DNA of 63,940 nt, counting the filler, from Octopus bimaculoides (taxonomy: Eukaryota), in NCBI RefSeq assembly GCF_001194135.2. It is 4 parts of 4 records of this genome, joined end to end, with 100 filler letters (N's around TTAATTAATTAA, not from the genome) between each part and the next. Parts side by side here need not be neighbours in the genome. Positions count along the whole stretch, not along the records: positions 31,386 to 44,440 come from NC_069004.1; positions 44,541 to 52,371 come from NC_068997.1; 2 more parts are not named here. The stretch is one strand, 5' to 3'. The notes beneath the pieces were generated by a model, which worked only from the letters and a program-made list of their open reading frames with translations, had not been told where the DNA came from and searched no databases. How positions within the stretch are numbered: the stretch's first letter is position 1; every line of letters starts with the position of its first letter. The translations under genes and the position numbers were made by a program. Positions 38,204 through 52,371 of this stretch are shown here, in pieces.

Positions 38204-39122
38204 GTGAGAAGATTTAGTAGCACACGGCTCCGTTCGATTATTCACTTCCAGCTTCCTGATTTGTTCTCATTATTGGTGATTAATCATATCCAAGGCAGAT
38301 ACAAAAGATTTAAGTAGTTCCTTGCAAATGAAGATCAAATATTCTTCAACATTAATAGTGTATAAAATATCGGTGTTACCAGAAAAACGTGCACATTAGG
38401 TAATCTTGTGATTAGGCATACGCTTGCAAGTTATTTTTTGTAGGCAGAAGATTATGAAATTAAATATGAAATTAACGCGCTTAATATTTGAAACCTCAGC
38501 TTAAAACTATTCCAGTACAGGGGTATTAGGAGTACATATTGTCGTATTTTACTGTCATGCATGTTTGTGCAGTGCGTGTGAGTGTCTCTGTGTATGTGCA
38601 TCTGCAAGATGTCATGCAGTGGGTCTGAACCCGGAACCATGTAGCTAGGTAGCAAACTTCTTACCACACAGCCATGGCTGCACCAATAGTTATATTGATA
38701 TGTATACATATACTTTTAGGTTTTTCAGTTACTTTGCAACTGTGAGAAATTTTATTCAAGATTTATTTTGTTGCATATTTTTCTTAGTAACTCAGTCTCA
38801 TCTACAATATATGTTTCATAAGTAAACACACAAGTGCACATCCTCCCACACAAATACACACATATTCGCGCATACAGCCATACACAGTGACACACACATA
38901 TGTATACACATACTCACACATACATGTGCGTGTGTGTGTATGAGTGTATGTATTTAAATGCATATATATATATAAATACACATTTATATTTGTTAATATG
39001 CAAATACATACACACGCACACACACGCACACACACGCACACACACAGAGGTAGAAAGTATGAAGGGGACTAAAAGACAGGGTAAAAGAGTCGTACAAAAT
39101 TTAAATACATACTTACTATAAG

Positions 39123-39563
39123 GTGAGCACAAGTGTGTACGTGCGCCGCTATATGCATATATATAGATATAAATGATGGAGCAAAAATGCAATAGAGGAC
39201 AATAAAACATTCCGACAGATAGACGAAACAAAGGCGGACAAGAAAAACAACAATTAGAAGGACAGAGGGGAAAAAAGGACAGGTCATTTGTGGCCCTCTT
39301 TCTTCAGTCAAGTTACTGCATGTCCTTACAGTTTCGGGCAGTTACACATGAGGCTGTTCGATCTGGTTGCCCCCCAAAATGTCTAAGCTAAGAGCATTAG
39401 ATTTTTTGTAAGAAAGCTAGCGAATGTGTAGGGCAACAAAGACAAAAAACGGAGAACATGGTACACAATGACCTGTCCAATTTCCCTGTCCTTATAACTG
39501 TTTTTATTCCATTTTTTATATTTATATATACATATAGTGCTATACGTACACACTTGTGCTCAC
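39123..39563. mobile_element. MITE-like inverted-repeat element
   Basis: Perfect 18-bp terminal IR gtgagcacaagtgtgtac (39123-39140 / 39546-39563) plus imperfect internal IR. Confidence 0.45.
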
Positions 39564-39596
39564 GTTATATATACATACATACATACACACACACAC

Positions 39597-39629
<33 letters not shown>

Positions 39630-40003
39630 CATATATGAGTATGCAATTTATACGAAAGATCCAGGGGAATATTTACAAGGTGGCTGAATGTTGTTTAAGT
39701 GTCCTAGGAAACAATGCTCACACTTGTGTGTGATTTGATTCCGTGATAAGTAAGTTGTATTTAAGAGAAAATAGGACAAATTGAAAATGGAGACAAACGC
39801 TCAGGATGGTATTAAAAGATTTATGTCTTCATATCTTCTACATATGTTTCGATGGATGCATTCAAAATACTTCCGACAGGAACAATCATCGTCAGCTAAG
39901 CATCAATTTATATATATATATATATATATNNNNNNNNNNNNNNNNNNNNNNNNNNNNNNNNNNNNNNNNNNNNNNNNNNNNNNNNNNNNACATGCATGCA
40001 CAC

Positions 40004-40048
<45 letters not shown>

Positions 40049-40559
40049 AGAGAAATTACAATAATCAAAACATTATATCATTTGTTCCCTATGTACATTT
40101 GTATCACGTGATCAAGATGGGAAGGATGACTTCCCTTTGCAAATACAGGCAGGACACAGATGTGTGTCAATAGCCAGCAGTAGGAGATGTTCTCCTGGGG
40201 CTAAAAGCAACAGTAACATTCACCCTTAGGGTTTAGCCGCATTTAAGTGGCAAATATACTTCACGTTGTCGTGCAGTTGCTATTTATACCTCGTTCAATT
40301 TAGCTTTTAAGGTTTTCACGAAATGTAATGCTCCTTATCAATTTGCCCTCAAAGTAAAATTTTTTCCTGAAACATCGCGGGCAATTTTGGGAGATTTTAT
40401 ATTTTTATAATTTTAAATGTAGACCACCGCACCTACAACACGGATTTGGTCGTGACTTCTTTTCTGTTTTGTTCTTATTTGTTACCGGTCAACACTCTTG
40501 AATCTGAGAGCAATCTTTCTCTTCAGTTTTCTTTGGCACATGCCCACACATATAAGTAT

Positions 40560-41975
40560 GTCTCTGTGTGTGCGCGCGCCAAAATCGCGTAATTTATATC
40601 GATCTCTATACATTTACTTATCTATCCACCTATGTGTCCATCCATCACATATCCATCTCTTTCTCTCACCTGCCTGTCCGACCTTTTATTACATGACTCT
40701 TCGACTATATATATCTAATCTCTTTTACTGCATATCTAACTCACAATCTCTCGGGAATCAGATATGCATCATACAACCAAAGTGAAATCATTAGTTATTT
40801 AAGCAAACTTGTAAGTGCTACTTCACAGAATGGTCAGGATGTGAGAATTCATGAGACAAAATCAATAATTCAATGCTTCTTCATGAAATATTGTGGCTCA
40901 ATATCTGCGAATAAACCCTGAAAATACATACGAAATAAGCCTGACGTCCCAGTGTGTACAACAACGCATATTTCACCATGCTATCGTAAACGTAGGGTAT
41001 GATTCAAAGCCATACTATCGTTTCATTTCGGTACCATCAGGTTGTGACTGTCAAGTAGTCAGCTGAATTTTTATCTTTGTTTAACTGTAAAAATACTACT
41101 GTTGGATTCGTTTATAAACTACAATAAAATATATCAAATTTCTATTATTTCGTTTTACTGTCAATGCAATTAATTTGTCTGTTGTGTTGAGTTTTCAACA
41201 GTATGTCTCGCCAGCACATATTTCAGTGCGATACACACAATTAATCCACACACAAAAGCACACACACAGATTATCAGATTAGATTATGACATTTACATCT
41301 TTTAACAAGATGCCTGAGATATTAGATGAATATGGATAATAACAACGAAGGAAGTAATAAGGTGTGCGGATAATCACTTACAGCTGTTTCAAGAATAAAT
41401 GCGCAGATGTGGCGTCATACGCTAAACAAACAGGGGCTAGCAATATAGTAGTGATTTATTACATTATTGGAGGAAGAATGCCATATAACAACGATATACT
41501 CCATTGTCGGAGGCAGAATGAGGGAGAGCCTTGTTAGATAACTTTGGTTTCTTGCTGATGCGGTGTACAGAGGAAGGTTTAAATAATAACAGGCAGAGAA
41601 AAATAAGATCATGCCAATAGGAGGATAGATAGAAACTAATCATCATATCAGTGGATAGATATATAAATTGTAAGACTTAAAGGAAGATATATAGAGGGGA
41701 ATGGGCAGTGTCGATATGGGAATGGTGAGAGGATGCTAAGTGATCTGGTGAGAAGAAAATCGTGCATAAATGGTGAGAGTGAGGGGACAAAAACAATAGA
41801 GTTATCAGTTAGCAAGGCTGGCCACCGGATGTGAGGTTGCTGTATAAGATGAAGAATATGTATTATCAACATTAGTTTGACATAGCATTCAGCGCTATCT
41901 GTGTGGGAGGGGAAAGGTTATGTTAAGTATATGGGTTGAATATTAAAATATTGAGAACGTATTTTGTGGTTGAAA
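40560..41975 (+). repeat. Tandem segmental duplication, unit B
   Basis: Colinear homology with 35800-37290, for example the shared gaaggaagtaataag and tgatctggtgagaaga blocks. Confidence 0.85.
40762..41066 (+). pseudogene. Disabled paralog (copy B) of the cystine-knot exon
   Basis: Manual alignment gives about 58/100 identical aa to copy A: YASYNQS----EIISYLSKLVSATSQNGQDVRIHETKSIIQCFFMKYCGSISANKP*KYIRN/SLTSQCVQQRIFHHAIVNVGYDSKPYYRFISVPSGCDCQVVS*. Lesions: a 12-bp deletion removing AACC, TGC>TGA at 40919-40921, a +1 frameshift near 40937, and loss of the 10-nt acceptor pyrimidine tract. Confidence 0.85.
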
Positions 41976-44393
41976 TCGTAATCTCCTGTATCGCAAACAT
42001 AGGAATGGGAAAAAAATTAGGAAAAAAAATAAGGAGGCGCGGAAATGTCACCTCCGATATGTTAGAAAGAAGAGATAAAGGACAGGATTTCTGGGAAAAC
42101 TTCTTTTTAAGTTTATATCGAAGATCAGGATTTTAAATATGCTCATCATAAATACAAATTACACATAAGAAAAAGATCATTTCAATCGGATTTGAGCTGT
42201 AAATATACGCGTGCACACTGCAAGAAATTGAAATAACACCCATATTATCAATTCCACAGAATAAGAGAATACCGGAGAACATGATAAGAGGGATGAGTCT
42301 GTGAAACACGTTTAAGTTGTTATGTCGAACACAAATGAGAATATCATGATTTTCATGGGGATGGCTACTTCAGTAGATGTGGGCTCATTAAAACAGCGTA
42401 AAATGTTATTTACTATAGTTTGCTATAGACGTAAAGAACGCAGAAACGCACTCATAGAATTGATAATATTAAAAACACCAAAATGTACACATACGAAGGT
42501 CAAATGAAACGAAATGTAGTCAATATAGGTGCAAAACATACTTTCTGTAGCAGAGTTATGCTATAAAAAGATGGAAAGTCACCATTATAGTAAAAGACGC
42601 TATGCGTGATCAATGTAACAAAGTACAAAAAGCCAACATTTATTTGAAACATGTACTAAATGTTATAAAATTCACGACTGAATATCACGGTGAAGAAAGT
42701 GAAAGTCCAAGAAAATTCAGAAGGCATAATTAAATTTTTCATACAAAAATAATATATTTACAATTTTGAAACAAAAGATGAATCAAGTGTATAGGAAGAA
42801 AGATGCTGTTGTAACGTTAATTTAAAATATTTGCTGAAGGATGTATGTAGCAAGATATAAATTAATTTGACATTATTACATATTTTTAACTGTGTAACGT
42901 TATAAGCTGTAGAATAAATACTGACTAACACAGTAAAAAGGTTGTGTGGCGTTGATACTCAGAGTGATGAAGAAGCTTGGGAGGACTGTTAAATATTATC
43001 TTGAAACTGGTTAGAAGGAGTGGAATAACATTTCTGTAATTATATTGAAAGAGCCGCTGAGTCTTTCTACTTCGCCAAGTTACCGAATTTATTGTAATAA
43101 CCAGAATAACATTTTTTTGTAGATATATTTGCGAGTATTGTGAGTGGTGTTAAATCAGCCAAATTTTCAAGTTGCTAGTACTTCAAAGTGGACGCTGTTG
43201 TTCGTTTAAAGTTCAGGCCGCAACCTAAACTTTCAATATCAGCGCGTTTCACTGTTGGGCGGGAGTAAGTTACTTACATAAACTAAGACAAACACACATA
43301 CATTAACGCACACTTGAAGCCTACTTCTGTCCCTGTGTGTGTCGATCGTCACAAAAATGTATATATACTGACCGACATACATCGTCACACACATATACTT
43401 GTCAGCCATCGGCCTAACGTAGGTAACGAACGCGCGAACACTCTCATATAGAAAATGTAACGTTATTGTCGTTGTGGTGGTGATATAAAATGTCGTTTAC
43501 GATAGGTGACTAAAAGAAAAATGACAATGCTAAATTTTTGTAACGCAAATGTGTGAATGAAAATATAGTTTAATTGGTAGATAGAAGCCTACTGAATCTT
43601 TTGATACCCCATACGTCAAAATCGGTAACTCGGTTTTGGAATGCATAAGGAACGTACGCATACACACACATTCATACGAACTCCCTTTTATATATATATG
43701 ATAGTAAATTTCATGAAGGGAATGAATATGATTTGTAGTTAGTGTAAAAGAAGTATACGAATGAAAAAAGAAAGTTCTTAAATCTTGTAACTTAGAAGAC
43801 AATATTCAGAGTAGAAAGTAAAATACGTGGTCGATAGAGAATAATATTTAGTTAAACGTTTGCAATGTAATTCCAATCAGAATGCATAGGGAAATTAAGA
43901 ATTATGGAATATGGAATCGTACAGAATTCAAGCATGTAGTAAATTTAGAATGGGGAAAATAATGTATTAGGGCTTTGTTTCGAAAAATAGGGGATGCGCT
44001 TTGTTTAAGGCTTAGTGAAAAAATACATTTTATGTAGGCAGCTCGACGCAATATTTTACCGTATAGGCAAAATCTGGTCATCACTAATTGTGACTGTATG
44101 TGCTACAAGCAGTCATCTAGCTTGTCAGTATATATTTATTTATATATGCATATCTACTTTTGTGTGTGTTTCTCTCAGAATATATGTGTATATGAATATA
44201 TCGAAATGTATATGTGTGTGCATCTATGTGTGTATATGTATGCATTTATCTATGTATCTCCATGTATATATGTGCACATGTATGTGAGTGTATATGTGTA
44301 AATGTCTGCTTGGTTGTCTTTTTGTGTGCACGCGTGTGTGTGCCTGTCCCTTTCTATCACCCCTTCTCACTCTTTCTCTCTCTGTACATGCAA

Positions 44394-44440
<47 letters not shown>

Positions 44441-44540
44441 NNNNNNNNNNNNNNNNNNNNNNNNNNNNNNNNNNNNNNNNNNNNTTAATTAATTAANNNN
44501 NNNNNNNNNNNNNNNNNNNNNNNNNNNNNNNNNNNNNNNN
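44441..44540. other. Artificial scaffold-join spacer
   Basis: 44 N + TTAATTAATTAA + 44 N. Confidence 0.95.
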
Positions 44541-44659
44541 TATATATACATATATATATATATAGATAGATATAGATATATATGTATGTATACACGAGAG
44601 ATATATGTATATATCTGTATATGTGTGTGTGTCTACCTGTCTGTCTGTCTGTCAGTCTG

Positions 44660-44697
<38 letters not shown>

Positions 44698-44961
44698 AAT
44701 CTATGCATCTAGAGATGGATTGAGATATAAATATACGCACGTATGTATGTATACACACACACACATACACACACTTACACACACACACATACACACACTT
44801 ACACACACACACATGGAAAGAAGAAACACTTCAATATATCGGCTATACTATGGATCCACGTCATTATAGTAGCTTGTGGTTGTAGCCACCACCACCATAT
44901 ATATATATATATATATATGAGTAAATGTCTGTGTATAAGCACTCACAAACGCACATACAAA

Positions 44962-44969
44962 ATGATGAC

Positions 44970-45022
<53 letters not shown>

Positions 45023-45047
45023 CGACGATGATGATGATGACGATGAT
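44962..45047. repeat. (GAT)n microsatellite
   Basis: Direct inspection. Confidence 0.95.
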
Positions 45048-45117
45048 CTGCCGCTTGGTCAGTCTGAGGCTATAGTAGAAGACACTTGCCCAAGGTTCCA
45101 CACAGTGGGACTAAACT

Positions 45118-45320
45118 GGTAGAATCGTTGGCACGCCGGGCGAAATGCTTAGCGGTATTTCGTCTGTCCATGCGTTCTGAGTTCAAATTCCAACGAGGTC
45201 AACTTTGCTTTTCATCCTTTCGGAGTCGATAAATTAAGTACCAGTTGTGTACTGGGGTCCCCCCCCCCCGACACCCGCAAAAAATTTTGGGTCTTGTGCT
45301 TAGAGTGGAAAAGAATATTT
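45118..45320 (+). mobile_element. tRNA-derived SINE, family 2
   Basis: B box gagttcaaattcc, central gtcaactttgcttttcatcctttcggagtcgataaattaagtacc; other copies at 50780, 55745, 55960 and 61740. Confidence 0.85.
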
Positions 45321-45458
45321 TGATATTGGTATGCTTACTAGAACAGTTAACGCAAAGATGGCTCCCAATCGGCCGGAAACCAAAACTCCAAGATCAACGT
45401 GTCTACTTATCCAGAATATGGTACCAGAAACAAACAACCACATAAATAAATAAGCCAA

Positions 45459-45500
<42 letters not shown>

Positions 45501-47451
45501 NNNNNNNNNNNNNNNNNNNNNNNNNNNNNNNNNNNNNNNNNNNNNNNNNNNNNNNNNNNNNNNNNNNNNNNNNNNNNNNNNNNNNNNNNNNNNNNNNNNN
45601 NNNNNNNNNNNNNNNNNNNNNNNNNNNNNNNNNNNNNNNNNNNNNNNNNNNNNNNNNNNNNNNNNNNNNNNNNNNNNNNNNNNNNNNNNNNNNNNNNNNN
45701 NNNNNNNNNNNNNNNNNNNNNNNNNNNNNNNNNNNNNNNNNNNNNNNNNNNNNNNNNNNNNNNNNNNNNNNNNNNNNNNNNNNNNNNNNNNNNNNNNNNN
45801 NNNNNNNNNNNNNNNNNNNNNNNNNNNNNNNNNNNNNNNNNNNNNNNNNNNNNNNNNNNNNNNNNNNNNNNNNNNNNNNNNNNNNNNNNNNNNNNNNNNN
45901 NNNNNNNNNNNNNNNNNNNNNNNNNNNNNNNNNNNNNNNNNNNNNNNNNNNNNNNNNNNNNNNNNNNNNNNNNNNNNNNNNNNNNNNNNNNNNNNNNNNN
46001 NNNNNNNNNNNNNNNNNNNNNNNNNNNNNNNNNNNNNNNNNNNNNNNNNNNNNNNNNNNNNNNNNNNNNNNNNNNNNNNNNNNNNNNNNNNNNNNNNNNN
46101 NNNNNNNNNNNNNNNNNNNNNNNNNNNNNNNNNNNNNNNNNNNNNNNNNNNNNNNNNNNNNNNNNNNNNNNNNNNNNNNNNNNNNNNNNNNNNNNNNNNN
46201 NNNNNNNNNNNNNNNNNNNNNNNNNNNNNNNNNNNNNNNNNNNNNNNNNNNTTCATATATATATATATATATATATATTTATACACACACAAATACATAT
46301 ATACACACAAACATACATATATGATTGTGCATGTATGTGAATGTGCGCTTGCGAGTTTGAGTGCGTGAGGGTTTGTGCGTGTGTGTGCGAATGTGTGTGT
46401 GTGCGTGTGTGCGTGTGTGTGTGTGCGTGTTTGTGTGTGTGTGAGTGTTGTATGCAAATGTGAATAAACAGATGATCAAATGAATTGAGAAACTTTCGTA
46501 CATCAAAAGGACAGCAACAAGAGGAAAAAGAACACCCAGCTATTATACTGGAAATTTTCAATGTATGCGCACACACACACTCTTACACATACTAACACAC
46601 ACATATTTATACACCCTCACACACGCAAACACATATATATATATTTATATATATACATACATGCTTATATATATAAATACACAAACACACACACACACAT
46701 ACACACACATATATATATATACGTAGGTACGTAGGTTCTCATAATTGCTTCTCGTTCCCACGCCTTTAGCCTTAAGAGGTGTATTGTTTAAGAACGCCAA
46801 TTGAAATTGAAACCGACACTTCGCAGTTACCTTCACCCACAATCACATCCCACTTCGTACTTTTCATACAAGCTACCATCGTTTGGCGGACATCAGTTGT
46901 GAATGACTTAGAAACTGTGACCGCTAACACCACCACCACNNNNNNNNNNNNNNNNNNNNNNNNNNNNNNNNNNNNNNNNNNNNNNNNNNNNNNNNNNNNN
47001 NNNNNNNNNNNNNNNNNNNNNNNNNNNNNNNNNNNNNNNNNNNNNNNNNNNNNNNNNNNNNNNNNNNNNNNNNNNNNNNNNNNNNNNNNNNNNNNNNNNN
47101 NNNNNNNNNNNNNNNNNNNNNNNNNNNNNNNNNNNNNNNNNNNNNNNNNNNNNNNNNNNNNNNNNNNNNNNNNNNNNNNNNNNNNNNNNNNNNNNNNNNN
47201 NNNNNNNNNNNNNNNNNNNNNNNNNNNNNNNNNNNNNNNNNNNNNNNNNNNNNNNNNNNNNNNNNNNNNNNNNNNNNNNNNNNNNNNNNNNNNNNNNNNN
47301 NNNNNNNNNNNNNNNNNNNNNNNNNNNNNNNNNNNNNNNNNNNNNNACCACCACCACCACCATCCCCGCCGCCGCCACTATAAATAGTGGTGCATTTATA
47401 AGTAATACAAATATCTTGAAATTGGTCTCAAATCGTCTACTTGGTATTTTA

Positions 47452-47475
47452 TACTACTACTACTACTACTACTAT

Positions 47476-47528
<53 letters not shown>

Positions 47529-47560
47529 ATAATAATAATAATAATGATAATAATAATAAT
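47452..47560. repeat. (ACT)n-(AAT)n compound microsatellite
   Basis: Direct inspection. Confidence 0.95.
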
Positions 47561-47719
47561 AGGTAATAATATGAAAATGAAAGATACCTGTCGTGTGCGT
47601 ATCTCTCTCTCTCTCACTATATATATGTGTGTGTTTGTGTCTGTGTGTGTGTGTGTATGTTTGCTTGTGTGTGTACGTGAGCGTGCATATACGTGTGCCC
47701 TTGTGTGTAGGTGGGTGTC

Positions 47720-47935
47720 TTTGTGGCTGTGTTTGTCTCCCACCAAGTTATGACAACCTGTGTTGGTGTGTTAACGTCCCCGTAAGCCAGCAATAAGTAC
47801 CAAGCTATAAAAGGAAAATAAATAAAATAAAATAAATGAAATAAAAATAATTACTGGTATCGATTCGTTCGACTAAAATGCTTCAAGGCGGTGCCCCAGC
47901 AAGGCCGCAGTCTAATCCGTAAAACAAGTAAAAGA
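47720..47935 (+). mobile_element. SINE family 1, 3' part
   Basis: Matches the family-1 tail (gtgttaacgtccccgtaa ... ggccgcagtctaa). Confidence 0.7.
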
Positions 47936-49663
47936 TTCTTTTAAAACTTCACTTATTCACACACGATTCTGTTGAATCAAGCCGCAACCCTTGCGCCATT
48001 TACGTCCATCGCTCCGAACCAACAAACACCATCTTACCAACCGACAAGCCAACCAACCGACCAAACCATCTCTCCGGTATCAGACCCACCCGATCGCATG
48101 GGTTTTCGTCTTTAAACCTTTCTTATTCAATAAATTGTTTCTGGGTCTCCCTTAACACACACACACACACACACACACACTCCTCAACAATAACAGCAAT
48201 AACATGCACAAGGAGTAGTACGAGGCGATGAAAAAACGACTACGCCGACGGTGCTGGCGGCGTCGGGGGCGGCGGTGGTAACAACACATTGTTATCATCC
48301 CTGCCCTCTTGTAACACATGTAAACTACTTCAGCACCTGGGGGTAGGTCGAGGTAGAATAAAAATTCGCCGCAGGGATTCTTCCAGGGGTATATTGTACA
48401 TAAAGAGCCGCTGGATAATACAGAATGAGAAGCGGAGGAGAACGATATATATATATACATACATATATANNNNNNNNNNNNNNNNNNNNNNNNNNNNNNN
48501 NNNNNNNNNNNNNNNNNNNNNNNNNNNNNNNNNNNNNNNNNNNNNNNNNNNNNNNNNNNNNNNNNNNNNNNNNNNNNNNNNNNNNNNNNNNNNNNNNNNN
48601 NNNNNNNNNNNNNNNNNNNNNNNNNNNNNNNNNNNNNNNNNNNNNNNNNNNNNNNNNNNNNNNNNNNTATATATATATATATGTATATATATATATGTAT
48701 GTATGTATGTATGTATATATGTATGTATGTATGTTGTGAGTGAGTTTGTGTATATGTGTGTGTATACAGAAAAGAAAGAACTTGATAAGTAGGGGTGGAT
48801 TGAGGGTGCTTTGTATGGGGTGGTTGTGTATGTGGGCAGATGTGTGTGCGTATGTGCGCGTGCGTGCGTATGTGTGTCGGGAGGAGTTTTTTTTATCATT
48901 TCTCATGAATGAGAACCTATGTGTTTTAGTGTTTGTGCATGCTTCTCTCTCACCCCCTCTCTCTGTCTCTCTCGCTATCCCTCTCTGTGTCTATGTGTGC
49001 GTGTGTGCGTGTGTGTGCGCGTGTGTGTATAAAAGTAGCGTTTTGTTGAATGTTTGAGAATCTGGAAACGTAGATTTTGGTTCGCAGCGTCGTAAAACTT
49101 TCAGCCCAATGGAATATCAACAAGAGTTAATGTATGTTTATGTATGTATTCTCATGCATATAGTCGCATATCTAGATATGCTCATATATATTTAAATGCT
49201 AAACTTCAGGAAAGTTTTACAGATTTTTACAGTTCCATTGATGGATTAGAGCTGTGGTTATCGAATTCGCTTTCTCCTTTCTGATTTTGTATATATGTAT
49301 ATATGTATGTACGTACGTATGCATGAGTATATGCTTGTTTGTATGTATGTATGTATGTATGTATGTATGTATGTATGTATGTATGTATGTATGTATGTAT
49401 GTATGTGTGTATTTGCATATGTGTTCATGCATAGAATCCTTGTTCGCTTATGTTAATATTCTGAATGCTTAATAAACAGGTTTATAAGGCTGCTACGTAG
49501 TGGTTCATCAGACAGGAGCGATGAAATTTCCTAGACTTATTTATTTGATCTACATATTCGGCTAAAACTCACGAAAGGAATATCGTGGTATGGCTGCATT
49601 CCAATGACTACGATTAGTCATTTAGATATATGCATACATACATACATAGACACATATATATGT

Positions 49664-49708
<45 letters not shown>

Positions 49709-49779
49709 TTTGCATTTCTAAACGTAAGTAAGAGAACTCAATACATGTAGCAGGGTGCATTTATGTTTGTCGAATAAGG

Positions 49780-49905
49780 TGACTCACTCTGTCGCTATGT
49801 ACGGCCATTTTGAATGATTTCCTCAACCAATAGCTTTGCGCAATCTGCTGCTGCCATCATACGACAACATACGACGAGCAGGTTCTCATTTTTTCATTAC
49901 ATAAT
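49780..49905. promoter_or_regulatory. Candidate enhancer/promoter motif cluster
   Basis: TGACTCA, CGGCCATTTT, CCAAT, TTGCGCAAT and ATTACATAAT within 126 bp of CpG-rich unique DNA. Confidence 0.35.
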
Positions 49906-50421
49906 CTACACAGGAATCATATGACTATCCTCCCTATCCCTCTCCTTCCCCCCTTTTTTTATGCGCCCTTTTTTTATAATTTGTTCTTGCAAGTTAATGA
50001 TGAAAGAAATTTTTTTTTACGTCTGGAATCTGTTAGACTTTAACCATCCTGGCAATTTTTTGTCTTCAGAGAAGTTGTTGACGAGATCACCCTGTTAAGT
50101 TTTCTCTTATTAGAGCTAAAGCTTTTTTTCACCTCTTAGCTTTTTTCTATATTCTATCAGAATCCTTATATATACCATTCTTTCTTATTCTAATTTCTCA
50201 ATCACCAAATTTCACGTCATTTTTTTCTTCTCATTTCTTTTGTTTTTTTTTTCAATTTTGAGTATTACATCTGTTTTAACTCTACATTTTTTATCCTATT
50301 TCTTTCTCTTACATGCTATACAGACATACATACATACACATGCATGCTTGTGTATGTGTATTTACATGCATTTATATGTGTACACATAACTCACACTTAT
50401 ACATGCATACGTACAAATATA

Positions 50422-50479
<58 letters not shown>

Positions 50480-50480
50480 C

Positions 50481-50532
<52 letters not shown>

Positions 50533-50779
50533 ACATACAGACATTCATATATGTACGCATGTACGTAAGTATGTCTGTGAAAGTGATTGACTTGCGGATC
50601 ATGGTGTTGAGCTCAATATCATAATAAAATCGTGAGCTCAATTCCAGGTCGGGCTGTGCATTGCTCCTTTGAAATACATTGAAACACATTATCACCCCAC
50701 CACAACTTGAAGCCCTGTCTTCCTCCATCTGTCGTATCCACGCTAATCACTGTTTCCTATTATAATATCTTCAATATTA

Positions 50780-50945
50780 TTCGTCTGTCTTTACGTTCTG
50801 AGTTCAAATTCTGCCGAGGTCGACTTTGCCTTTCATCCTTTCAGGCTCGATAAATTAAGTAGCAGTTGTGTACTGGGATCGATCTAATCGACTGGCTCCC
50901 TCCCCCAAAATTTCGGACCTCGTGCCTAGAGTATAAAAGAATATC
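50780..50945 (+). mobile_element. SINE family 2 copy
   Basis: Matches 45118-45320. Confidence 0.8.
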
Positions 50946-51292
50946 TTCCACGTTGTTGATATATTCTGCCATATAGCCATGACATGAGATTATGTTCAAC
51001 TATATGTTCTACATGAGCCGAGGTTAAATATATCGTCACCTTCCCCTATCATCCTAGCGGGGTAGATAAAATGAGAGTAACAGTTGTGTACTGGGGCCGA
51101 ACTTTCTGGCCAAAATTGAAAACCACGATTATTATTATTATCGTTGTTAATTTGACTCAGTTTCGGTTTTATTCCTGATAGGATTTCTGCAAGTACCGGG
51201 TTAATAACCTGAACCTTAGGTCACTACTGGCTTTCAATAGCCTTCGACGTACTTTGAAACCTGATAATTTTTCCTGTTTCTTAGAAGCAAGC

Positions 51293-51304
51293 TTATTATT
51301 ATTA

Positions 51305-51365
<61 letters not shown>

Positions 51366-51370
51366 TTCAA

Positions 51371-51404
<34 letters not shown>
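51293..51404. repeat. (TTA)n-(CAT)n compound microsatellite
   Basis: Direct inspection. Confidence 0.95.
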
Positions 51405-51481
51405 NNNNNNNNNNTGCGATTCTTTCAGAGACTTCTCTTGTACCTGTGCCTATACTCATAAGTTCCTTCTTTCTTCATTCC

Positions 51482-51536
<55 letters not shown>

Positions 51537-52231
51537 CCAAGCTTATATACACATATACGTACATATATAGACACATCCATGCATGCACGCTTACACCACA
51601 CACAGATACACATAGACATATGTATATACGTATATATATGCATATACATACACATACATACATATATATATGTATATACATACAAACACATATATATGCA
51701 TATGCATACACACATACATATATGTATATATATATATATATGTATATATCTATATACATATATACACACACACACAATGCTACCATATATCACAGCGTAA
51801 AGCCTCGGTGTCCTTTCAGTCCATCTATTTTCATTAAACACCAATGATAGATATATCACTTCCAATTATTTCCAACTCAGATGATTTATCGAAAGTGAAG
51901 TAAACAGCACAATATTATAAATCTCTCTCGCTCTTTCTTTCTTTCCCTCTGAACACACACGCACACACAGACACATACACACAGACACGCACACACAGAC
52001 ACAACACACAGACACACATACACACACATATGTATACACACATGTACATGTATATATAAAGACACAAACATGTACATGCTTGTAGGTGTGTGTGTGTGTG
52101 TGTGTCTGTATTTGTGCATGTGTGTGTTTGTGTGTATATGTATGTTGAAACCCACAGGTTCGAGTTGGGGAGGGAGTTTTCGCATGATACATAGATACAC
52201 GTGTATATGTATTTTATATACGCAAAATAAA

Positions 52232-52266
<35 letters not shown>

Positions 52267-52371
52267 GTGAAATTCTTATTTATATTTAGTATCTGATTTC
52301 AATTGTATGATTTATATATTTATTTTTTTCATCAGTTATTCGTTGCTAACGTAACGGTTTTGCAAGATATG

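Noticed and set aside
47940-48460. GC/CpG-rich patch as a coding exon
   Set aside because: No convincing frame or splice sites. It may be regulatory or UTR sequence, but I cannot support a call.
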